DNA from: Synechococcus sp.
GTDB taxonomy: Bacteria > Cyanobacteriota > Cyanobacteriia > PCC-6307 > Cyanobiaceae
NCBI GenBank assembly: GCA_047285805.1
Contig: JBJBCN010000003.1
Location: 736,001 to 800,000, forward strand
Length of the DNA: 64,000 nt
Reading direction: 5' to 3'
The translations under genes were made by a program, and so were the position numbers. Below, piece after piece: positions 31,764 through 44,484 of the stretch (positions within the stretch are counted from its first letter, which is position 1; the number at the start of each line of letters is the position of its first letter). The notes below the pieces were generated by a model, which worked only from the letters and a program-made list of their open reading frames with translations, was not told the origin of the DNA and did no database searches.

Positions 31764-31882
31764 GGTTTCTTGCGTACTGAACTGACGCTACCGGCTTTAA
31801 GCGGGTTAAGCCAGTCCCCAACCGCGATGTCAGACCATTCTTTTGATGGATTTATGATCTGAATCTGGCGGTTGAAGTTGAA

Positions 31883-32242
31883 CTAGGCCGCTTCTCCCTG
31901 GGCGGAGCTTTCGCCGGCGGCCGGGAGCAGCCCCAGCTGCGCGTCGACGGTGGCCCGGTAGCGCTGGACGTCTTCCTCCAGCTCGCGAATTCGGACCTGT
32001 TGGGCTTCGATTTCGCCGGGATCCATCTGGCTTTCCACCCGTTTGATCACGCCGGTCCACACGGCAAACACCCAGGCAGCCGTGGCGCCGACTCCGCCCA
32101 CCAAAAGCAGGAGTGCCGCCAGCGGCATCGTCGTGGTCACCCCGGGCAGAAAGCGCACAGTTGTCGGAGCGGTGTTCTCCAGGGTGAACATCACCGTGGC
32201 CAAACCAAAGCTGAAGATCAGCAGGAAGTTCAGCTGCTTCAT
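31883..32242 (-). CDS. LapA/DUF1049 family membrane protein
   Basis: Two TM helices (FTLENT motif) followed by a coiled coil. Confidence 0.75.
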   Translation of the reverse strand: MKQLNFLLIFSFGLATVMFTLENTAPTTVRFLPGVTTTMPLAALLLLVGGVGATAAWVFAVWTGVIKRVESQMDPGEIEAQQVRIRELEEDVQRYRATVDAQLGLLPAAGESSAQGEAA

Positions 32243-32338
32243 GGCTTCGCGGGGCCGCTGGTCGTGCTGACTTGAGATTACGGAGATCGCTTCGTTCTGG
32301 CACGCGCAACCCCGAAGGGGCTGCGCTTCGTAATGGCC

Positions 32339-33970
32339 CTAGCTGAGGGCAGGGGCCTGCAGTAGTGGTGCCTGTCGAATCAAGCCCGCTCCAGCAGGAG
32401 CGGTGAGGGCCTTCATTGAGCTCTCGTTTCTAGCCACCAGCAGTTCCATTGAGGCCTTGTAGCTGTCGGTCATTAACCGCGGGTAGAGGCCAATGCCGAT
32501 GATCGGCACCAAGAGACAGCTAATGATGTAGATCTCGCGGGGCTCGGCATCCACCAGGTTGGTGTGGTCAACGAGCTCGGCTTTTTCCTTGCCGTAGAAG
32601 ATCTCCCGCAGCATGGAGAGCAGGTAGATCGGGGTCAGGATCACGCCGATCGCGGCGAGGCCGTCAATGGCCACCCGGAAGGGAAGCGTGTAGGCGTCGT
32701 CAGTGGCGAATCCTACGAAGACCATCAGTTCGCTAACGAAGCCGCTCATCCCAGGAAGGGCCAAGGACGCGAGCGAGCAGACCGTCCAGAGCGCAAACAT
32801 TTTGCGCATCTTTTGGCCGACCCCACCCATCTCGTCGAGTTGAAGGGTGTGGGTTCGGTCGTAGGTGGCTCCCACCAGGAAGAAGAGCGAGGCGCCAATG
32901 AGACCGTGGCTGATCATCTGCAGCATCGCCCCGCTGGAGCCCAGGGCGCTGAAGCTGCCAATGCCAATCAGCACAAAGCCCATGTGGCTAATAGAGCTGT
33001 AGGCGATCTTGCGTTTGAGGTTGCGCTGGGCGAATGAGGTGAGGGCGGCATAAATGATGTTCACCACCCCCAGCACCACCAACAGCGGGGCGAAGACGGC
33101 GTGCCCATCTGGAAGGATCTGACAGTTGAAGCGCAGCAGCGCATAGCCGCCCATCTTCAGCAGGATGCCGGCCAGCAACATGTGAACCGGGGCTGTGGCC
33201 TCGCCGTGGGCATCCGGTAGCCAGGTGTGGAGTGGAACGATCGGCAGCTTCACGCCGAAGGCGATCAGCAAGCCCGCATAGGCCAACAGTTGGAACTTCA
33301 AGGGGAATCCCTTGGCCATCAGGTCGCTGTACTCAAAGCTGGTGTGGCCGCCGTAGAAGGCCATCGCCAACCCCGCCAGGAGGATGAACAGCGAACTGCC
33401 AGCGGTGTAGAGGATGAATTTGGTGGCGGCGTACTGGCGTTTTTTGCCCCCCCAAATCGCGAGCAGGAGATAGACCGGAATCAGCTCCAGCTCCCAGGCC
33501 AGGAAGAAGAGCAGCATGTCCTGGACAGCGAAGACGGCGATTTGGCCGCCATCCATGGCCAGCAGCAGGAAATAGAACAGCCTCGACTTAAAGCTCACCG
33601 GCCAGGCCGCCAGGACCGCTAGGGCTGTGATGAAGCTAGTGAGAAGGATAAGCGGCATGGAGATGCCGTCGGCACCTACCGACCAGGCCAGCCCGAGTTC
33701 GGGGAGCCAGCTCACCCGCTCGACCAATTGCAGATTCGGGTCGCTCGGGTCGTAGCCCGTCAGGTACCCGCCCACTGTCAGCAGGAAGGTGATTAGGGCA
33801 ATCCCGAGGGCGAACCAGCGGACCTGCTTCCCATCTCCCTGGTCAGGGATGAAGGGGATACAGAGTGCCGCTCCAATGGGGAACAGGATCGAGGCGCTGA
33901 GCCAGGGGAAGGCCGTGCTGCTCGCCTGTTCCGCCGCGACGGCTAGGGTTGAAACGAAGTCCAGGAGCAC
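32339..33970 (-). CDS. ndhD1: NDH-1 subunit D1 (NuoM)
   Basis: [28 protein letters not shown]; downstream of ndhF1. Confidence 0.94.
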   Translation of the reverse strand: MLLDFVSTLAVAAEQASSTAFPWLSASILFPIGAALCIPFIPDQGDGKQVRWFALGIALITFLLTVGGYLTGYDPSDPNLQLVERVSWLPELGLAWSVGADGISMPLILLTSFITALAVLAAWPVSFKSRLFYFLLLAMDGGQIAVFAVQDMLLFFLAWELELIPVYLLLAIWGGKKRQYAATKFILYTAGSSLFILLAGLAMAFYGGHTSFEYSDLMAKGFPLKFQLLAYAGLLIAFGVKLPIVPLHTWLPDAHGEATAPVHMLLAGILLKMGGYALLRFNCQILPDGHAVFAPLLVVLGVVNIIYAALTSFAQRNLKRKIAYSSISHMGFVLIGIGSFSALGSSGAMLQMISHGLIGASLFFLVGATYDRTHTLQLDEMGGVGQKMRKMFALWTVCSLASLALPGMSGFVSELMVFVGFATDDAYTLPFRVAIDGLAAIGVILTPIYLLSMLREIFYGKEKAELVDHTNLVDAEPREIYIISCLLVPIIGIGLYPRLMTDSYKASMELLVARNESSMKALTAPAGAGLIRQAPLLQAPALS

Positions 33971-34063
33971 CGAAAGCGGATCGCTTTAGGCGGAGTGTAG
34001 AAATGCTCACCACGACGCGCTCCTAGGAGTGGTCGATGTCACACAGAGCGTTGTGAGCGGCGG

Positions 34064-36082
34064 TTAACCCAGGGCGCCGAAGAGAACCACCAGAGCAATC
34101 ACGCCACCAAAAACGATTAGGGCATAGAACTGCGCTCGGCCCGTTTCGAAGTACTTCAGGCCTTCGCCGCTGCCCAGGGTGACCAGGCCGGTGAGGTTGA
34201 CCACCCCATCCACCACCTTGGAGTCGACCTCTAGGACGGAGCGGGCCAGCTTGCGGCTGCCTTGAACGAAAAGCTTGTCGTTGATCGCGTCCAGATACCA
34301 CTTGTTGGCTAAGAAGGTATTGATCCTGGGGAAGCGAGCCGCCACCGCGGTCGCCAGGTCTAGCTTCCGAAGGGAATATGCCAAGACCGCCACAGTGATG
34401 CCGATCAAGGAGATCGCGACGGAGGCGCCGGCTAAGGGCAGGAATTCACCCCAGCTGAAGTGTTCGGCCGCCTCTGCGGCCTCCTGAGGGTTAAGCAGAT
34501 TGTCAAAGCGGCTGCTCCAGGGCATTCCAAAGAAGCCCACCAGGACCGAGGGCACGGCGAGGACGGCCAGGGGTATGGCCATCTGCCAGCCGGATTCATG
34601 AGGATGCTCGGCCTGGGCATGGTTTTCGCCATGCTCGTCGCCGTGTTCATCGGCGCTTTTTCCTGCGGCGGCCATCAACTGGGCCTGCATGGCCTTGTCG
34701 TTTCCGCGGAACTCGCCTTCAAAAGTCAGGAAGTAAAGCCGGAACATGTAGAAGGCGGTCATGCCGGCGGTCACAAAGCCGGCGGCCCAGAGGATTGGGA
34801 AGCTGCCTAAGGCTTGGCCCAGGATTTCGTCCTTGCTCCAGAAGCCGGCCAGGGGCGGAATTCCGCTGATGGCCAGGCAGCCGATGAAGAAGGTGCTGCT
34901 GGTGACCGGCATGAATTTGCGCAGGCCGCCCATCAAGCGCATGTCCTGGGCCAGGACCGCTTCGTGGCCGACAACCTCTTCCATGGCGTGGATCACCGAG
35001 CCGGAGCCCAGAAAGAGCATCGCCTTGAAGAAGGCATGGGTAACCAGGTGGAACATGCCGGCCACCGGAGCCCCACACCCCATCGCCAGCATCATGTAGC
35101 CAAGTTGGCTGACGGTGCTGTATGCCAGACCTTTCTTCAGGTCCATCTGGGTGAGTGCAATCGAGGCCCCCAAGAAGAGGGTGATTGTTCCAATGACGGC
35201 CACGACGACCTGCACTTCATGGAACGGCACGTAGACGGGCTGGAGTCTGGCAACCAGGAAGACGCCCGCCGCCACCATGGTGGCCGCGTGAATCAGAGCT
35301 GAAATGGGGGTTGGGCCCTCCATCGCATCGGGCAACCAGACATGGAGCGGGAACTGGGCCGACTTGGCCATCGGTCCCATGAACACCAGCAGGCAGAGCA
35401 GGATTGCGATGCCGTTGGAGACACTGCCGGCGCTGATCGCCTCCTGGAGGCGCACTCCGATCTCTTCAAAGCCGAAGCTTCCGGTGGCCCAGAACATTCC
35501 GAGGATGCCGAGCAGCAGGCCGAAGTCACCAACGCGGTTCACCACAAAGGCTTTCTGAGCGGCATTAGCGGCTCCATCGCGGTCGTACCAGAAGCCGACT
35601 AGCAGGTAGGAGCACATGCCCACCAGCTCCCAGAACACATAGATCTGCAGCAGGTTGGGGCTGATTACCAGCCCCAACATCGAACTGCTGAACAGGGCCA
35701 GGTAGGTGAAGAAGCGGACATAGCCCTTGTCGTGGGCCATGTAGCCATCGGAGTAGATCATCACCAGGACGGCGATGGTCGTCACCAGCGAGAGCATTAC
35801 GGCTCCTAGGGCATCCACCCGGAAGCCCATCTCCAGGGTGAAGGCCCCGGCGTTGGCCCAGTCGAACAAGATTTCGGTGGTGCCGGCGCCCGCCAACTGC
35901 TGCGCGAGCACGGCGTAACTCAGGACCGCAGCGGCCCCGACACAGCTAATCAACAGCAGCGCAACAGGTTTGCGCAGGCGGTTGAACGTGCGGTTAAAGC
36001 TGATTAGTCCCAGGCCAACGATAGCGGCCCCTATCAGCGGGAGCACCGGGATGAGCCAGGCGAGTTCGGCGGGCGACGGCAT
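34064..36082 (-). CDS. ndhF1: NDH-1 subunit F1 (NuoL)
   Basis: KSAQFPLHVWLPDAMEGPTPISALIHAATMV, THAFFKA. Confidence 0.95.
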   Translation of the reverse strand: MPSPAELAWLIPVLPLIGAAIVGLGLISFNRTFNRLRKPVALLLISCVGAAAVLSYAVLAQQLAGAGTTEILFDWANAGAFTLEMGFRVDALGAVMLSLVTTIAVLVMIYSDGYMAHDKGYVRFFTYLALFSSSMLGLVISPNLLQIYVFWELVGMCSYLLVGFWYDRDGAANAAQKAFVVNRVGDFGLLLGILGMFWATGSFGFEEIGVRLQEAISAGSVSNGIAILLCLLVFMGPMAKSAQFPLHVWLPDAMEGPTPISALIHAATMVAAGVFLVARLQPVYVPFHEVQVVVAVIGTITLFLGASIALTQMDLKKGLAYSTVSQLGYMMLAMGCGAPVAGMFHLVTHAFFKAMLFLGSGSVIHAMEEVVGHEAVLAQDMRLMGGLRKFMPVTSSTFFIGCLAISGIPPLAGFWSKDEILGQALGSFPILWAAGFVTAGMTAFYMFRLYFLTFEGEFRGNDKAMQAQLMAAAGKSADEHGDEHGENHAQAEHPHESGWQMAIPLAVLAVPSVLVGFFGMPWSSRFDNLLNPQEAAEAAEHFSWGEFLPLAGASVAISLIGITVAVLAYSLRKLDLATAVAARFPRINTFLANKWYLDAINDKLFVQGSRKLARSVLEVDSKVVDGVVNLTGLVTLGSGEGLKYFETGRAQFYALIVFGGVIALVVLFGALG

Positions 36083-36127
36083 CCGGCACTCAGGGAGTCA
36101 GGTTGAGTGTAGGCAGCCTGGTCGGCC

Positions 36128-36892
36128 TTAACCCAGCCAGTGGGCGAGCCCTAATCGACTGAAGCCTGTTGCGGCGACCCCGATGTAGCGATGGGCCCAC
36201 CAGAAAACTCCTACTGCGATGGCGATTCCCAGTTGGGCCGGACGGAGGAATTCAGCGGCCACCAAGTGTTGACGGCCATCGAGCACGGCACGGAAGGGAA
36301 CGATGGAAGTGCTGGCTCTGAGCTCCTCAAAGGCTTCGCCAAAGCGGTTACTGAGGCGACGGTCTCCGTTCCAGACGGCGAAGAGATGGTGGGCGATTAA
36401 GCCGATGCATGTGGCCACCATGAAGCTGCTGCCAACCCAGAGGAGGTGGGTGCAGCACCAGAGGATCTGACCGATCGCCTGGGGGTGGCGACTCACGCGA
36501 ATGATGCCGGTGGCATACATGCGTACCTGGGGTTTGAGCACTGCCGGAATTTCCAACAGGTTGTAGGTGGCCGGATAGAGAAACAAAAAAGAGATGGCTG
36601 CCCCGACCCAGACCAGCGGCACGATCCAGGGTTGGTCTTGGAGGTCCCAGAGCCGGATCCCGTCGTAGCGATGGGCCAGGAAATAGCCGATGACCACGAC
36701 GGCCGAGGGGATGCTCACGGCGGCAAATAGCAGCCGCCAAGCCCGTTCACCAATGCGCTCAGCCCCCCAGTAGCGCAGAGAGGCGCCGCCACTGTGGATG
36801 ACGGCGAACACCAGGAGCAGAGCCAGCATTACCAGGCTGCTGTAGTGGAGGTTGCTGACGCCGCTCACAAGCCGGGGTTGCTTTAGTTGCAC
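36128..36892 (-). CDS. NnrU family protein, probable 15-cis-zeta-carotene isomerase (start approximate)
   Basis: HSGGASLR, YNLLEI, GIIRVSRHPQ, GDRRL, TSIVPF; near pds-crtB. Confidence 0.8.
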   Translation of the reverse strand: MQLKQPRLVSGVSNLHYSSLVMLALLLVFAVIHSGGASLRYWGAERIGERAWRLLFAAVSIPSAVVVIGYFLAHRYDGIRLWDLQDQPWIVPLVWVGAAISFLFLYPATYNLLEIPAVLKPQVRMYATGIIRVSRHPQAIGQILWCCTHLLWVGSSFMVATCIGLIAHHLFAVWNGDRRLSNRFGEAFEELRASTSIVPFRAVLDGRQHLVAAEFLRPAQLGIAIAVGVFWWAHRYIGVAATGFSRLGLAHWLG

Positions 36893-36969
36893 TGGATTCT
36901 GGCCAAGCGCGTGAACCGGCTGGCCACTCGACCTAGAGTTTTGGTCCCCGCTGAACCGCAGCGCCCTCC

Positions 36970-37956
36970 ATGGCTGATCTGCCGTTCACTCTTGATCAGC
37001 TGCGCATCCTGCGGGCGATCGCCAGCGAGGGCAGCTTTAAGAAGGCCGCCGACAGCCTTTACGTAACCCAGCCGGCGGTCTCGCTGCAGATCCAGAACCT
37101 GGAGAAGCAGCTCAATGTCTCCTTGTTTGATCGGGGTGGCCGCAAGGCCCAGCTGACCGAAGCCGGTCACCTGCTGCTGAGCTACTGCGATCGGATCTTG
37201 AGCCAGTGCCAAGAGGCCTGCCGAGCCCTCGAGGATCTCCATAACCTCAAAGGGGGCTCGTTGATCGTCGGGGCGAGCCAGACCACGGGCACCTATCTAA
37301 TGCCGCGGATGATCGGTCTGTTCCGTCAGAAGTACCCCGAGGTGGCGGTGCAGCTGCAGGTGCACAGCACCCGCCGCACCGGCTGGAGTGTCGCCAACGG
37401 TCAAATCGACCTGGCGATCATTGGTGGTGAGCTGCCGAGTGAGCTCAATGAGCTGCTGCAGGTCATTCCCTACGCCAGTGATGAGCTGGCCTTGGTGCTG
37501 CCCACCAAGCACCCCTTGGCTCGCCTGCCGGAGCTCAGTAAGGACGACCTGTACAGGCTGGGCTTTGTCTCCCTGGACGCTCAGTCCACGACCCGCAAGA
37601 TGGTCGACCAATTGCTGGCGCGCTCGGGTTTGGACCTGTCGCGCCTGAAGATTGAGATGGAGCTCAACTCGTTTGAGGCCATCAAAAACGCCGTCCAGAG
37701 CGGCCTTGGTGCAGCCTTTTTGCCTGTGGTCTCGATCGAGCGGGAATTGGCCGCAGGCAACTTGCATCGCCCGGCTCTGGCGGATCTCTCGGTCCGCCGC
37801 CAGTTGAAGTTGATCACCCATCCCGCCCGCTACTGCTCGCGGGCTGCGGATGCTTTCCGAAAGGAAATCCTGCCGGTCTTCGCCAGTCCGGACAGCCCGT
37901 TACGCCGGCCTATGCCTGCAAGTGCGCCGTCGGAACTCGTGAGCGTCGAAGCCTGA
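36970..37956 (+). CDS. rbcR: LysR-family regulator RbcR/Ycf30 type
   Basis: [35 protein letters not shown]. Confidence 0.88.
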   Translation: MADLPFTLDQLRILRAIASEGSFKKAADSLYVTQPAVSLQIQNLEKQLNVSLFDRGGRKAQLTEAGHLLLSYCDRILSQCQEACRALEDLHNLKGGSLIVGASQTTGTYLMPRMIGLFRQKYPEVAVQLQVHSTRRTGWSVANGQIDLAIIGGELPSELNELLQVIPYASDELALVLPTKHPLARLPELSKDDLYRLGFVSLDAQSTTRKMVDQLLARSGLDLSRLKIEMELNSFEAIKNAVQSGLGAAFLPVVSIERELAAGNLHRPALADLSVRRQLKLITHPARYCSRAADAFRKEILPVFASPDSPLRRPMPASAPSELVSVEA

Positions 37957-37975
37957 GTGCCCTACTCAGATTAGA

Positions 37976-38607
37976 TCAAAACTGATCGGCTTCAGGGGTG
38001 ATGCCGGCGGCATCGTCGGCAATGCCCTTGGTAATGAATTTGTTGTCGCTTATGTCGGTCTGATAAACGCATCGCACGATCGGTTGGTCTTTGACCGAGC
38101 CGATGTAAGCGAAGGTGTTCATCCGCTGCTTGCACTGACGCATCTGCTCGGAGGTGACCGCACCTTCCTTCTGCAGCACGCTCCAGTTTTCTCGCCTGAT
38201 CACGCAGCCGGGCCGCAGCGCCGGTTGGGTGACGAAGCTCGAGCTGGGGTTCATGGTTGTGTACAACTCGATGTCCATCACGAAGGCACTCGCGCCCCAC
38301 TGTCGGCAGAACTCCGGATCGGGTACCGCCATGTCCAGCTGCTGGGAGCTGGCGATGTTGCCCTGGTCCCCTTGGGTGTTGCTGGAGATGCCGGTGCCGA
38401 TGCCGATCCCGACTACGAGGACGCCCCCCAGGACGGCCACGGTGCCCATGTTGAACTGAAAACCACCGCCCCCGCCTGGGGTTCCCCCGCCGCCTGAGCT
38501 GGGACCCCGGGGCCGGCCGCCACCGCGGCGGGGTTCGCCGTAGCTGTCATGGCCACGCTCGTCGCCGTAGCGATCGTCGTAGGGGCTGCGGCCGTAGCGG
38601 GATCGGG

Positions 38608-38611
<4 letters not shown>
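37976..38611 (-). CDS. DUF3172 family protein
   Basis: Gly/Arg-rich N-terminus, one [15 protein letters not shown] and CKQRMNTF motifs. Confidence 0.75.
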
Positions 38612-40492
<1,881 letters not shown>

Positions 40493-40493
<1 letters not shown>

Positions 40494-41425
40494 TGGCGGC
40501 GGTGACAGCAACAGCTGATCTCTCCACCATCTGCTCCCTTGAGGAAGCGTTTGAAGCCTGTCGCCAGGAAACGGCGGAATGGGCCAAGACCTTTTATTTG
40601 GGCACCCTGTTGATGCCCCCGGCCAAGCGTCGGGCCATTTGGGCCATTTACGTCTGGTGCCGTCGCACCGACGAGTTGATGGATAGCCCCGAGGCCATGG
40701 CGCGCCCCGTCTCGGAGCTGGCCGAACGCCTCGATCGTTGGGAAGACCGCACCCGGGCCTTCTTCAAGGGCGAAGTACAGGACGGTCTCGATCGTGTGAT
40801 GGTCGACACCCTCGAGCGCTACCCCCAACCTTTGGCACCTTACCTCGACATGATCGAGGGGATGCGGATGGACTTGAGCACCACCCGCTACACCAGCTTT
40901 GACGACCTCAAGCTGTATTGCTACCGCGTCGCGGGAACGGTGGGGTTGATGACGCAGGAGGTGATGGGGATTGACCCGGCCTATACCTCTGCTCCCTGGA
41001 GTGATCCGCCGGACACCAGTGATGCAGCGGTGGCCCTGGGCATCGCGAACCAGCTCACCAACATCCTTCGGGATGTGGGTGAAGACCGTGGTCGCGGGCG
41101 GATCTACCTGCCCCAAGAGGATCTGCAGCGCTTTGGCTACAGCGAGGAGGAGTTGCTGGCTGGAACCCTCAACGACAGTTGGCGTGAACTGATGCGCTTT
41201 CAGGTGAATCGCGCCCGCGATTGGTTCGCGCTCTCAGAAGCCGGTGTTCGCTGGTTGGCCCCCGACGCCCGCTGGCCGGTTTGGGCTTCGTTGCGCCTCT
41301 ACCGCGGCATTTTGGATGTGATCGAAGAACTCGATTACGACGTCTTCAACCACCGCGCTTTTGTGCCGAGAACTGGAAAGTTCCTCGATCTGCCGCGTTC
41401 CTTCGTAATCGCTCAGGCCCGCTGA
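40493..41425 (+). CDS. crtB: Phytoene synthase
   Basis: AKTFY, RRTDELMD, YCYRVAGTVG, QLTNILRDVGED. Confidence 0.97.
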
Positions 41426-42363
41426 GGGCTGTCCCAGCCCAGCTGCAGCCAACGCTCCAGGATCGGATTCACCTGTTCGGGGGCCTCGTCATGGGGGCAG
41501 TGACCCAGGCCCGGCAGGACCTCAAGCTGCTGCACGCAAGGGAACGTCTTCTCCCAGCGCCGTGCTTCCTCTAGGGGTTCCCAGGGATCCGCCTCACCCC
41601 AGAGCATCCGCACGGGTACGGCGAGTCGCTCGAGTAGCTGCGGCGCCAGCCAGTCGTCAAAGAGATTGACGAAGCCCCGGAAGCTCTCTGTTGCTCCGGG
41701 CTCCTGGCTGGGTTTCAACAGCAGTTCGACCAGCGCGTCATCGACGTTGCCACCGCTGGGATAGGCCTGCTTCAGCACGGCACGCACGGCACTGGCCCGC
41801 GCGAAGAAGCGGAAGAGGTTGCTCACGATCCAGCGTTGCCGCACCAGGGCCATCACCACAGGTCGCGAGAGTTGCGCGATGAAGGGCTGCTCCGGTAACC
41901 GCTTGAGGTCGAGATTCCTCTCTGCGCAGTCGATCAGCACGACCTGGGCCGGCGGCTGACCGCCCTCCGAGAGCATCCGGGCGGCATTCAGGGAGACGAC
42001 CCCACCGATGGAGTTGCCGATGAGCTGCAGTGTCACCGGCCCAGCGGCCCCGATGACCTCGCCATAGAAGTCCACCAGTTGGCTGGCCCAGAGGTCAAAG
42101 CCGTAGCGCACGCTGCCCGCGGTCTCCGGTTCGTTCGCCAGGCGGGATAGGGGTTTGCTGCTGCCGCCAAACCCCAGGAGATCAATCGCATAGACCCACT
42201 GGTCCCTGGAGAGGGCCTGGAGGTTGTGTCGCCAATGGCCTTTGGAGGCTCCAAACCCATGCACACAAAGAAGGGCTCGACCGCAGGCGGTGGAGCCCTT
42301 CTGGGGAGGGATTTGGGTGTAGCTGATCTGATGGCCTTTCCAGCTCCAGATCAGCTCATCCAT
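41413..42363 (-). CDS. Alpha/beta-fold hydrolase
   Basis: HGFGAS, DLLGFGGS, GNSIGG nucleophile elbow, GHCPHDE. Confidence 0.9.
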   Translation of the reverse strand: MDELIWSWKGHQISYTQIPPQKGSTACGRALLCVHGFGASKGHWRHNLQALSRDQWVYAIDLLGFGGSSKPLSRLANEPETAGSVRYGFDLWASQLVDFYGEVIGAAGPVTLQLIGNSIGGVVSLNAARMLSEGGQPPAQVVLIDCAERNLDLKRLPEQPFIAQLSRPVVMALVRQRWIVSNLFRFFARASAVRAVLKQAYPSGGNVDDALVELLLKPSQEPGATESFRGFVNLFDDWLAPQLLERLAVPVRMLWGEADPWEPLEEARRWEKTFPCVQQLEVLPGLGHCPHDEAPEQVNPILERWLQLGWDSPQRA

Positions 42364-42368
42364 CGCAA

Positions 42369-42800
42369 TCAGACCGCAGCCTTCTGGTTTTCGAGCAGGC
42401 CCTTGAGCTTGGCCAGTTCGCCAGCCCAGCGGGGGTCGGGAGCGCCCTCTTCCACGGTGTCGCTGTGGACGACCTTGTTGACAGCCTTGCGGGCCACGGC
42501 GGGGCCGGTGCTGCCACCGGGGCCGCGGCGGTCGTTGCTACCACGACGGTCATCGCGGCGCTCGGAGCGTTCGATGCGCAGATTGTTACCAGCGAACTCA
42601 CGGCCGTTGAGCTGCTCGATCACCGCGTCAGCAACCTTCTCATCGTTGATGTTCGCGAAGCCGAAGCCACGGCCAGTGCCGGTCTCACGGTCCTGGACGG
42701 CCTTGAAGCGGATGCCTTCGCCCACGCTGGTGAACAGAGCCTCGAGCTCTTTGGTATCGAAGCTCTGGGGCAGGTTGCCGACGTAAAGACGAACGCTCAT
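42369..42800 (-). CDS. RRM RNA-binding protein, Rbp3/RbpG type
   Basis: RNP2 LYVGNL, RNP1 RGFGFA, C-terminal PDPRWA motif. Confidence 0.9.
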   Translation of the reverse strand: MSVRLYVGNLPQSFDTKELEALFTSVGEGIRFKAVQDRETGTGRGFGFANINDEKVADAVIEQLNGREFAGNNLRIERSERRDDRRGSNDRRGPGGSTGPAVARKAVNKVVHSDTVEEGAPDPRWAGELAKLKGLLENQKAAV

Positions 42801-42968
42801 GGGATGAGAGGGAAGGAAAGAAAACGTGTGGGTTCTGGCTGGTCGGGGTTAATCACGAAGCGGCTGCACAGAACCCGACAGCGGAGTTCAATCGGCGACC
42901 TACGGCGTAATGATGTGCCCTAACTGGCTGAATTCAGGTCGTTGATAACGCCTTGCATAGTGAGTTAA

Positions 42969-44204
42969 TCACGGCGGGGTCCCCTCTTCTTGGCTTTTCA
43001 GCCAATGGCGGGCCGCTGCAAGGGCCTCTGCGGTGTCATGGAGGCGGCCAAAGGCCTGCTCAAGCATTAGGAACTGCAGCAGTGATCCCAGCTGTGGAGA
43101 GGCTTTGAGCCCTAACTCACTCTGCAGCTGATCCCCATTGATCGGTGCTTGTGGATGAAACAGCTTGTCTTCGGGGTTTCGCCAACGCTCCAGCCAGGTC
43201 TGGACGGCTTCTTGGCCCCAATGCAGCAGTAAGGCCGGCAGATCGCCGCTGAGCTCCCGGTGCAGTTTGAGGCGTTCCGGTTCCGCGAGGCCCTCGGCGC
43301 GGGTCTCCGGAGCGTCGGGCCCCAGACGCTGTTGCCACTGCCGTAGGCGCTGAACCCGTTGCTGCAGTTTGCGGCTGCTCTTCAGTTGCTGCAGGCCAGC
43401 TCCATCGAGGATCGCGGCTATGCGGGCCAAGGGCAGGGCTTCTTGCCACTCCTCGGCCCTGAAACCCAGGGCCTCCGCCCGTTGCCGGCGGAGGGATTCG
43501 AGAGCTGCTGAGGTCGGACCGTTCTGTTGCCACGGCGCGAGGAGCCCCCAGTCCAGGCAGCGCTGAAGGCCCCGATGGCCCTCAGGGCTTCGGCAGAGCT
43601 TCTCCAGTTCCGCCAGGATCCGCTCGCCTGCGACGCCCGTCAGCTGCTCGCGGTGATCCTGAATCCAGGCTGCGGTTTGGCTCTCCAGCTCGAAGCCGAG
43701 TTCGCTGGCAAGCCGCAGGCCCCGCAGAAAGCGCAGGGGATCGTCCAGCAGGTTGGCTTCGGCGAGGGCCACTATCTGTCCGCTTTGCAGATGCCCCAGC
43801 CCTCCATGGGGATCCACCAGGCGGTCCCGCTGGGCGAGCGGTAGGGCCATGGCGTTGATGCTGTAGTCCCGCCGCTGCAGATCCGCCTCCAAGCTGGGCC
43901 CCTCGCGGCGGGCCAGGTCCACACTCCAGCCTCGGATGACCAGTCGGGCGATGTCCCGCTCCTCATCAAGCACCACCGGACTGCCGCCGTAGCGCTTACT
44001 CAGCGCCTTGCAGAGCCCAATGGCTCCTTCGGCTACCACCAGGTCAAGGTCGGGGGCTGGCCCCAGCCGGTTCAGCAGGGCATCGCGCACGGCCCCGCCG
44101 ACCAAGGCGGCATCGCGGGGGAAGGCGGAGAGGGGAAGCGGCCAGTCCTCAGCCCGCAATGCCCTCCAGGCGGCTGCCGCTGCAGAACCGCCAGAGCCGG
44201 GCAC
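42969..44204 (-). CDS. tRNA nucleotidyltransferase, class II (probably CC-adding)
   Basis: VGGAVRD...DLD, RRDYSINAMA, DPHGG, DDPLRFLR, ERILAEL. Confidence 0.88.
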   Translation of the reverse strand: MPGSGGSAAAAAWRALRAEDWPLPLSAFPRDAALVGGAVRDALLNRLGPAPDLDLVVAEGAIGLCKALSKRYGGSPVVLDEERDIARLVIRGWSVDLARREGPSLEADLQRRDYSINAMALPLAQRDRLVDPHGGLGHLQSGQIVALAEANLLDDPLRFLRGLRLASELGFELESQTAAWIQDHREQLTGVAGERILAELEKLCRSPEGHRGLQRCLDWGLLAPWQQNGPTSAALESLRRQRAEALGFRAEEWQEALPLARIAAILDGAGLQQLKSSRKLQQRVQRLRQWQQRLGPDAPETRAEGLAEPERLKLHRELSGDLPALLLHWGQEAVQTWLERWRNPEDKLFHPQAPINGDQLQSELGLKASPQLGSLLQFLMLEQAFGRLHDTAEALAAARHWLKSQEEGTPP

Positions 44205-44232
44205 AATGAACCCATCTGCGCTGACGCTGGAG

Positions 44233-44484
44233 ATGTGCATATGCGTGGACTGCCGCTGGGTCGACCAGTGCCAGGCCTACCACGCAGTCGAGCGCCAGCA
44301 TGGCGTCAAGCACCTCTGTGCGGACCCGCCGTTCGCCCCCAGGGAACCCAAGATCCACGTGCAGGTTCGGGACCTTGGCGCGAGCGCTGTCGGCGTCGAG
44401 TGGGACGTTCGCGCCTGCGGCAGTTTTGAGCTCGAGCGCGGCCGCTGGCAGCGGCTCTGCCCCGGAGAGTTGCTGCCCACATGA
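44233..44484 (+). CDS. ycf34: Ycf34 family protein
   Basis: MCICVDCRWVDQC...YHAVE...EWDVRAC...GRW. Confidence 0.92.
   Translation: MCICVDCRWVDQCQAYHAVERQHGVKHLCADPPFAPREPKIHVQVRDLGASAVGVEWDVRACGSFELERGRWQRLCPGELLPT

Noticed and set aside
34039..34056. TCACA-N8-TGTGA between ndhF1 and ndhD1 as a CRP site
   Set aside because: Half-site order and spacing do not match TGTGA-N6-TCACA; at most a weak RNA hairpin
34600..34660. His/Glu-rich stretch in NdhF1
   Set aside because: A variable His-rich loop is common in NuoL/NdhF proteins
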